Shown piece by piece: positions 57,653 through 64,000 of a stretch of DNA of 64,000 nucleotides. The stretch is from Candidatus Aceula meridiana (lineage in GTDB: Bacteria > Omnitrophota > Gorgyraeia > Zapsychrales > Aceulaceae). Where the stretch lies: contig JAVCDE010000024.1 of the NCBI GenBank assembly GCA_030765185.1, positions 443,538-507,537 on the forward strand, read 5' to 3'. A model generated the notes under the pieces. It made no database searches. It saw nothing but the letters and a program-made list of their open reading frames with translations, and had not been told where the DNA came from. A program made the position numbers and the translations under genes. Within the stretch, counting starts at the first letter, position 1. Each line of letters begins with the position of its first letter.

Positions 57653-58428
57653 TTTGAGTTATCCGGATTGTCAAACTCTGGATTCTTAGAAAGTTTTAAA
57701 TTAAGGTAAGTTTTTTTTCCGTTCTTTTCAAAAAAAGCAAATCCTTTTTTTCCAAAGCTACGCGCGCGTAGCAAGTTTATGATCTGAGATCCGGAATAAA
57801 GGCGGGACAAATCAACGGTATCCAAGAAATCAGCCTCCTTTTTCTTATGATAAACGGCCTTAGACTCGTCTTGGGCAACCGGTTTAATTTTTCCTGCCTT
57901 GATTAACGGCCATTTTTTTTTAAATAATTCTATGATTTCCTTGCGCAGACGATGATAAATATCATAGGCAGTATCTTCGTCTAATAAAGAAACTTCTTTT
58001 TGCGCCCAAACGGGACCGGCATCCGCCTTCTCGTTAATCTGATGAATTGTGACTCCCGTGGGTGTTCCGTCAAGAATGCTGTGGACATGCGGGTACCAGC
58101 CGCGATTGGTGGGAAGGAGCGCTAAATGAAAATTTAGAGTATTTTTTGCCAAACAGAAAAAATCAGGCTTAAGCAGATAAGACCAAAAAACCGTAATGAT
58201 AAAATCCGGAGGGTCCTGCCTCATCTCTTTAAAATGTTCCGGATCTTTTAAAATATCAACGCTGTAAATTCGGTCTTCCGGCACCTTTGCGTTGGCCTTG
58301 ATCTGGTCTGCGTATTTTTGCTCATTGGCATTGTGCAAATAAAGCTTCTCGATTGTATCGCCGCATTCTACCAAATGTTTTGCGACCTGCGCTCCCGGCC
58401 AGTCATTAGCCAATAAATAAATTTTCAT
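57649..58428 (-). CDS. sugar N-formyltransferase (Fmt/ArnA-N-terminal family)
   Basis: Formyl_trans_N fold with HxSLLPxxRG-type motif (FHLALLPTNRGWYPH). Confidence 0.7.
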   Translation of the reverse strand: MKIYLLANDWPGAQVAKHLVECGDTIEKLYLHNANEQKYADQIKANAKVPEDRIYSVDILKDPEHFKEMRQDPPDFIITVFWSYLLKPDFFCLAKNTLNFHLALLPTNRGWYPHVHSILDGTPTGVTIHQINEKADAGPVWAQKEVSLLDEDTAYDIYHRLRKEIIELFKKKWPLIKAGKIKPVAQDESKAVYHKKKEADFLDTVDLSRLYSGSQIINLLRARSFGKKGFAFFEKNGKKTYLNLKLSKNPEFDNPDNSK

Positions 58429-59528
58429 GAAACCCCCAATATTTTGCGTATAATCCCGGCGGCGTAGGAGATGTCATCCTCGCTAAGCTTAGAAGCGCAA
58501 GGAAGATTGATACCGCATGCCGCCAAATGGTCGGCAACAGGTGTTTTTACGGGCTTAAACATCGGAAGCTTACTAATACAGCGGAAAAAAGGCCGACTGC
58601 GAATTCCTTCATCATCCATCCGCTTTATGACCTCATCACGCGTAATTCCGAAATCTTTATCAAGAATTATGGTGGGAACATAATAATTATTATAGATGCC
58701 TGGCTTTTCAACGTTCATGGACATCCCTACGACGTCCCCCAATCGATCTTTATACCAAAAGAAGATCTGGCGCCGGTGATTGATGATCTCCTGGGCGCGT
58801 TCGACCTGTGCCAGCCCAAGCGCAGCCTGAATATTCGACATCTTGTACTTTAATCCGATACCTGTCACGTTCAGCATCCCCGAATTATCGCGGCAATGGT
58901 CCCAATAGTAATATGCGCGTTCGTAAAATTTCTTATCATTTGTCACAAGGACTCCGCCCTCTCCCGTTGTAAACGGCTTGGCCCCCTGAAAACTAAACGC
59001 CGCCGCAAATCCAAGTGACCCAGCTGGTTTTTCATGATAAAGCGATCCAATTCCCGGAGCAGCATCTTCGATGACTGTTACGCCGTGTTTTTCTGCAATT
59101 GCGTTGATCTCATCCATATCTGCCGGATGTCCAAACATATGCACAGGGATAACGGCTTTTGTTTTTGAAGTTATCGCAGCCTGAAAACACTGAGGGTCCA
59201 TGCACCAAGTATCTCGATGGACATCGACAAATACGGGTGTCGCCCCCAGATAGCATACGCATGAGGCCGTTGCGATCCAGGTCGTCTCCGGTATAATAAC
59301 TTCATCGCCGGGTTTTATGCCAAGAGCGGCCATGGCAATATGAAGCGCACCGGTACAGCTTGAGGTTGCGATCGCATATTTTGTATTCGTAAAGCTTGCC
59401 ATCGCAGCTTCAAACCTGTCCAGGTAATTATGCCAATTTTGATACCACCCGTTTCGACAGGCATCTGTAACATAAGCGACTTCTTTTTCCGTAATCCACG
59501 GACCGCCTGAAGGTATTTCTCTTTTCAT
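58425..59528 (-). CDS. DegT/DnrJ/EryC1/StrS-family PLP-dependent sugar aminotransferase
   Basis: SSCTGALHIAMAALGIKPGDEVI and FSFQGAKPFTTGEGG (PLP lysine). Confidence 0.85.
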   Translation of the reverse strand: MKREIPSGGPWITEKEVAYVTDACRNGWYQNWHNYLDRFEAAMASFTNTKYAIATSSCTGALHIAMAALGIKPGDEVIIPETTWIATASCVCYLGATPVFVDVHRDTWCMDPQCFQAAITSKTKAVIPVHMFGHPADMDEINAIAEKHGVTVIEDAAPGIGSLYHEKPAGSLGFAAAFSFQGAKPFTTGEGGVLVTNDKKFYERAYYYWDHCRDNSGMLNVTGIGLKYKMSNIQAALGLAQVERAQEIINHRRQIFFWYKDRLGDVVGMSMNVEKPGIYNNYYVPTIILDKDFGITRDEVIKRMDDEGIRSRPFFRCISKLPMFKPVKTPVADHLAACGINLPCASKLSEDDISYAAGIIRKILGVS

Positions 59529-59560
59529 TGATGAAGACTCTTCATGTTTTATCGTTAAAC

Positions 59561-60811
59561 TTAATCTCGATCTCTATTCCCAAGGTACTCAAGAACGGAC
59601 GTAACACGACCTCCGGAATTAACGTAAGAGGCAAGGTATTTCTTGATCTCGCCAAGATACCCGTAATTAAAAACAATAATCTCGTCAACCGGGTCTTTAA
59701 ATAAATTCTTGGGATCTGATACCAAAACCCCCGTTGCCGGCATTTCCAATCCATGCAATGCTGAATTCATATCATAAACACATTCTATTTCTTTTTTTGT
59801 CAGACCGGCAATCGCCATTGTATGGACCCCCCGGCCTGCCGCTCCGTAGCCAGCAACCCGTTTGCCCTCTGTCCGCAACTTACGGACATGCCTCAATAGC
59901 CGATTGTGGCTTTCCTTAACCATCGCGGAAAAGTCACGATACAAATCCCTTTGCCGTAGCCGCAAAAGAAAACCATTGTCTTGTGGCAGCGCAATCGGCA
60001 GCCGGTTTTTCTCAAGCACGGCAGCGACTATCAAAGAATTTCCGCGGCACATATCCTCAGGAATAAAATTAAAAGATACGGGCTTATAACCCGCATGACG
60101 CAAAACCGACAAAATTGATTCCCTGGTAAGATAGACCGAATGTTCATGTGCAAACAGGCACGCTTCGTTGCGTTGAACGATTTTTTCAAAATCATGCACT
60201 TCAATAATAATAACACCAAAAACCGGATCCAGAATTTTCGAAATATCTTTTAAAAACGCAACCGGATTCGGCACATGATCAAAAGTATACTGGCAGACCA
60301 CAACCTTTGCCTTGCTCATATTCTCCGGAATGAACTTAACCGCATCATCAGAAAAACAAGACGCAACAGTATCGATTTCGTTTTTGATCGCTTGTCGGCA
60401 GAGGCCCTGCGAAGGTTCAAATCCCAGAACCCGGGCACCCAGCTCTCTAAAATATCTTAGTTGAAGACCATCGCCCGAACCGATCTCGATAACCGTATCG
60501 CCTTTTCTTATACCAAACAGGGTGCAAGTCTCATCCGCAAATTTTTTCATAAATCTTTGAACAAACGCAGACTGTGATACAGTGTAGTCATAATTATGAT
60601 AATAATCTGAAAGATCAACATCATGGAGCGTTTGAACGACCCCGCACCGCGGACACCAGTAAATATTAAGATCGGCCAAAAATGGATCTTCTCTATTGCT
60701 CGGATCCACATGGCCGTCTGACATCGGCATATCCGGCAGTCTCAAGAATAAATATAAATTCTCAGCCCCACAGATACGACAAACATTGCGATAAGTAACG
60801 TCAAGCTTCAT
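59561..60811 (-). CDS. NDP-hexose C-methyltransferase (TylCIII/EryBIII-like) with N-terminal zinc ribbon
   Basis: CRICG...CPRCG zinc ribbon. SAM motif IEIGSGDG. C-terminal C-methyltransferase-type domain. Confidence 0.65.
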   Translation of the reverse strand: MKLDVTYRNVCRICGAENLYLFLRLPDMPMSDGHVDPSNREDPFLADLNIYWCPRCGVVQTLHDVDLSDYYHNYDYTVSQSAFVQRFMKKFADETCTLFGIRKGDTVIEIGSGDGLQLRYFRELGARVLGFEPSQGLCRQAIKNEIDTVASCFSDDAVKFIPENMSKAKVVVCQYTFDHVPNPVAFLKDISKILDPVFGVIIIEVHDFEKIVQRNEACLFAHEHSVYLTRESILSVLRHAGYKPVSFNFIPEDMCRGNSLIVAAVLEKNRLPIALPQDNGFLLRLRQRDLYRDFSAMVKESHNRLLRHVRKLRTEGKRVAGYGAAGRGVHTMAIAGLTKKEIECVYDMNSALHGLEMPATGVLVSDPKNLFKDPVDEIIVFNYGYLGEIKKYLASYVNSGGRVTSVLEYLGNRDRD

Positions 60812-60834
60812 GATTTATTTGTACTGGCGAAAGC

Positions 60835-61929
60835 CTATTTTTTTCCCGCAGATAACATCCGCAAATATTCTTCTAATTGCCCCAGGCACAACTGGTAAGG
60901 ATCTGTTTGCTCATACGCCTTATACCACTCAACAGTTCTTTTGATTGCTTCTTTAACGCCCCAGACGGGAGCCCAATCTAAAAATGATCTAGCCTTTGTA
61001 ATATCAAGGCTAAGCATCATAGCCTCATAGGGCCTGTTTCTTTCCCGAACCTCTTTCCATGAACCTTTCCCCCATTCTGCGATAACCATATCGGCAATTT
61101 CGCCAACCTTTTTTATGCAACGGCTGTCGGGACCAAAATTCCAAGCTCCGCAAAACTTTTCAGCATCATCTTGCATACGCGATGCCAGCAACAAATACCC
61201 AAAAAGGGAATCCAACACATGCTGCCAGGGGCGTGTTGCCATCGGAGTTCTAATTTCAATGGCTTTCCCACTCTCCAGCGCCTTTATACAATCAGGAATA
61301 ATCCTGTCCTTTTGCCAATCACCACCTCCGATAACATTACCCGCTCTTACGGATGATAAACTTTTTCCGTGTTTTTTAAAATCGCGGGGGTTAAAGAAAG
61401 ATGCTCGATAGGACTCAGTAATCAGCTCGGAGCAGGCCTTGCTTGAACTATAGGGATCATATCCGCCTAAAGGGTCGCTCTCGAGATAACTACGCGCTGA
61501 TTCATTTTTTTTATAACATTTGTCGCTGGTAACATTAATAATTGTCCCAACCGACTTTGTCAACCTGCAGCATTCGAGCACGTTGATCGTGCCTCCGACA
61601 TTGATATCGTAGGTTTCTTTCGGGCTTACATATGACTCGCGTACGATGGGTTGGGCCGCAAGATGAAAAACAATCTGGGGATTATATTTTTCAAAAACGC
61701 CTTTTAGGCGGTGATAATCTCTGACATCGCCGATGATATGAACAACTTTGTCTTTAAGCCCTGTTACCACAAAATTATCTCGGGCGGTATAAGGCTCAAG
61801 CGCGTATCCTACGATATCGCAGCCTAATACTTTTAGCCAGAGAGAAAGCCAAGAACCCTTGAATCCGGTATGGCCTGTGATTAAAACAACTTTTCCTTTG
61901 TAAAATTCTTCCAAATTAAACGGCATCAT
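60835..61929 (-). CDS. rfbG: CDP-glucose 4,6-dehydratase
   Basis: ITGHTGFKGSWLSLWL is the RfbG hallmark. Start chosen at MMPFNLEEFYKGK with a GGAAAG RBS; the longer ORF reaches 61977. Confidence 0.8.
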   Translation of the reverse strand: MMPFNLEEFYKGKVVLITGHTGFKGSWLSLWLKVLGCDIVGYALEPYTARDNFVVTGLKDKVVHIIGDVRDYHRLKGVFEKYNPQIVFHLAAQPIVRESYVSPKETYDINVGGTINVLECCRLTKSVGTIINVTSDKCYKKNESARSYLESDPLGGYDPYSSSKACSELITESYRASFFNPRDFKKHGKSLSSVRAGNVIGGGDWQKDRIIPDCIKALESGKAIEIRTPMATRPWQHVLDSLFGYLLLASRMQDDAEKFCGAWNFGPDSRCIKKVGEIADMVIAEWGKGSWKEVRERNRPYEAMMLSLDITKARSFLDWAPVWGVKEAIKRTVEWYKAYEQTDPYQLCLGQLEEYLRMLSAGKK

Positions 61930-62704
61930 CTTTCCATACTTTCCAAAAACTTTTATTCTCATCCCATAGCTTATCAAGTTGTATTTTATCTCTTAAGGTA
62001 TCCATGCACTGCCAAAACCCATCATGCTTATAAGCATATAGCTCGCCGTCTTCTGCCATCTTCTTTAAAGGCCCGAGCTCAAAAACTACGTCATCATTTT
62101 GAGGAATGTAGTCAAAAACCTTTGGTTCGCAGATCATAAAACCCGCGTTGATCCATCCGCTTTCTTTTTTCGGTTTTTCCAAAAACTGAAGCACCCTTTG
62201 ATCGCTGGATAAATCCAATTTACCAAACCGGCTATCAAGCTGAACGGCGGTAGTCGTTACGGCCTTCTTGTGACTCTTGTGAAAATTTAATACTTTTGAA
62301 ATATCGATATCGGACACGCCGTCTCCATACGTCAGCATAAATGCCTCGCCCTGGGTATACTCTTTTATTCGTCTTATTCTGCCGCCGGTCATGGCCTCCA
62401 GGCCCGTGTCGATGAGCGTAACTTTCCAGGGCTCGCTTGTATTATTATGGACTTTTATTTGATTATTCGAAAGATCAATCGTAATGTTGCTTTGATACAA
62501 GAAATAATTTGCGAAATATTCTTTAATGATAGAGCCTTTGTATCCCAGGCAGATAATAAAGTCATTGTATCCATAAAAAGAATACATCTTCATGATATGC
62601 CACAAAATCGGCTTTCCCCCAATAGTTACCATAGGCTTAGGAATTTTTTCCGTCTCCTCGCAAATTCTTGTTCCCATCCCGCCGGCTAAAATAACAACTT
62701 TCAT
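61916..62704 (-). CDS. rfbF: glucose-1-phosphate cytidylyltransferase
   Basis: MKVVILAGGMGTRICEETEKIPKPMVTIGGKPILWHIMKMY. Start at internal MKVV with an AAGGAGG RBS. Confidence 0.85.
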   Translation of the reverse strand: MKVVILAGGMGTRICEETEKIPKPMVTIGGKPILWHIMKMYSFYGYNDFIICLGYKGSIIKEYFANYFLYQSNITIDLSNNQIKVHNNTSEPWKVTLIDTGLEAMTGGRIRRIKEYTQGEAFMLTYGDGVSDIDISKVLNFHKSHKKAVTTTAVQLDSRFGKLDLSSDQRVLQFLEKPKKESGWINAGFMICEPKVFDYIPQNDDVVFELGPLKKMAEDGELYAYKHDGFWQCMDTLRDKIQLDKLWDENKSFWKVWKDDAV

Positions 62705-63233
62705 TCTATTTTCCTCCTTAACAAATGTCATTCATTTTACCCTACATTTAAGAATTCGGCAAGACTCAAAATTAAGGCGTGGCAAAAGAATACCAAATTT
62801 GTGCCAACTATTGTATATTAAACAAAAACCCCGCAACTTTTTAGTCACGGGGAGTCTGTAATTCACAGCTTATTACTTCGTAGAAAATAAATTACTTCTT
62901 AACTTTCTTGGCTTTCTTGGCTTTCTTTTTGTTTGCGATTTTATCTCCCATTTTCACATCCCCCCTTCGGTTACCCTAAATAATTAACAATAAAATATTA
63001 TAACATCTTTCTCTCATTCTCAGAGACTTTTTCAATGTGCCAGATAAATGAAAACATGACTTACGGAGCAAAGCGCTCGTAAGTCATTTGTCTGAATTTA
63101 TCCGGCGTATGCTGGATAAATCTACGTTGACCTTTCGAATCCTTGGCGAAGGGTTTGCGCTAACCATCAATCAACAATATTTTTGTTAGCACAGCGTTAG
63201 CACGAAAAATCGCAACATCTCTTCTTGCTTTTT

Positions 63234-63590
63234 TTATTCCGCTTCTGGTGAAACAACTCTGATTAAAAACGCAGCGGGTTGATCTTCAACTGTAACTTCT
63301 AGCTCAACATAGACGCGGTCACCCGGGAAAAGCTGATCCATGCCAATGACCTGGCCGTTTTTAATAATTTTTGTCTGATCGGTCACATAGCAATTCACTT
63401 CTTTAAAGGTGCCTTCTTTTTCGTTAAGCGCTCGCTTTACAACAACCATAGAAACATCCGAATCCGTATCAAAAACCGTCCCATAAAAGCCTTCCTGGCT
63501 ATCAATTATGGAGCCTTGCTGGGCAAAAACCAACCCTGAGAAGAAAATACTGGCCCCTAGAACAATAATCCAAGAAAAATTCTTCATCAC
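63234..63590 (-). CDS. small secreted protein, hypothetical
   Basis: Signal peptide. Leader CACACCCCTCCTTAA matches the one at 27708. Confidence 0.45.
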   Translation of the reverse strand: MMKNFSWIIVLGASIFFSGLVFAQQGSIIDSQEGFYGTVFDTDSDVSMVVVKRALNEKEGTFKEVNCYVTDQTKIIKNGQVIGMDQLFPGDRVYVELEVTVEDQPAAFLIRVVSPEAE

Positions 63591-63643
63591 ACCCCTCCTT
63601 AAATAATTTCTTATTTCTTCTAACGATTAGAAACCGAAAAGCC

Positions 63644-64000
63644 TTACGTTCTTAATATCTTCCCACTCTCCGTCTTCTTAATTTCTTTCACTATCCGAAT
63701 TTCCTTCGGAGCCTTATGTGCCGCAACATTATCATAACAAAATCTTCGTAATTCTCTGGCTAAATCTTTATCTGATTCCTTTTTTAGAACTACATCCGCT
63801 TGTGGCAATTGCCCATAGATATCATGCGCAACGCCATATACAAAAGATTCCTTCACATCAGGATGCGAGTTCAGAACCCCTTCTACTTCGACAGGGAATA
63901 TCTTCATTCCAGCATAATTTATTACATTTTTCTCTCTTCCTTTAATAAAGAGAGAATCTTCATTATCTAGAAACCCTAAATCCCCTGTATTAAACCATCC
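63644..64000 (-). CDS. AMP-dependent synthetase/ligase (acyl-CoA synthetase), C-terminal part; N-terminus beyond the window end
   Basis: ORF 63644..63907 carries ...VEGVLNSHPDVKE...HKAPKEIRIV.EI.KT.SGKILR. Hand translation upstream gives GWFNTGDLGFLDNEDSLFIKGREKNVINYAGMKIF, an AMP-binding motif. Open to position 64000. Confidence 0.7.
   Translation of the reverse strand, partial: GWFNTGDLGFLDNEDSLFIKGREKNVINYAGMKIFPVEVEGVLNSHPDVKESFVYGVAHDIYGQLPQADVVLKKESDKDLARELRRFCYDNVAAHKAPKEIRIVKEIKKTESGKILRT

Noticed and set aside
1-64000. CRISPR arrays, rRNA and tRNA genes
   Set aside because: There are no regularly spaced direct repeats and no GTTCGAATC-type T-loop with a cloverleaf context. The few short direct repeats (for example GTTAGCAC x2 at 63186) are too short to be meaningful.

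Overview
This 64 kb window is AT-rich bacterial DNA. Coding is dense and about 80% of genes lie on the minus strand, with overlapping stop/start junctions typical of long operons. The use of HAD, radical SAM and ferredoxin genes and the AAGGGGG-type ribosome-binding sites suggest an anaerobic, possibly uncultivated lineage.

The window is dominated by two cell-surface glycan modification modules with the same architecture:
- Module 1 (5.3-14.7 kb): TPR protein, YfhO-like GT-C membrane transferase, GT2, three radical SAM/SPASM-type enzymes, split transketolase (N- and C-subunits) and a GT9 heptosyltransferase-like enzyme.
- Module 2 (52.5-62.7 kb): RfbF and RfbG (CDP-glucose pathway), a TylCIII-like C-methyltransferase, a DegT-type aminotransferase, a sugar N-formyltransferase, a second split transketolase, a GtrB-like polyprenyl-phosphate GT2 and a second YfhO-like transferase.

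Between the two modules lie:
- serA and serC, and the redox repressor Rex with an apparent autoregulatory operator.
- An RND pump plus TolC-like channel, with no adaptor gene in between.
- A DoxX gene, a B12-binding radical SAM gene and a DEAD-box helicase.
- A ferredoxin, a GPH-family MFS transporter and glycogen phosphorylase.
- A miniature ydbH-ynbE-ydbL-like operon.
- A PAS-GGDEF-PilZ protein and an MscS channel.
- A general-stress-type island with LEA-like, OsmY/BON, DUF1328, DUF3309, entericidin and receiver-domain proteins.
- An MCE/Mla-type ABC transporter and a FixL/FixJ-like two-component system whose response regulator is frameshifted at a C7 tract.

Non-coding highlights:
- A family of at least four clear (plus two degenerate) copies of a structured intergenic element, consensus AAATGAG-GC hairpin-GAATTTAYCCC-hairpin, placed 13-40 nt upstream of minus-strand start codons.
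- A roughly 630-nt ORF-free, highly structured intergenic block at 51.9-52.5 kb.
- A promoter-plus-terminator pair suggesting a small RNA near 31.4 kb.
- Several intrinsic terminators.

No CRISPR array, rRNA or clear tRNA gene was seen.
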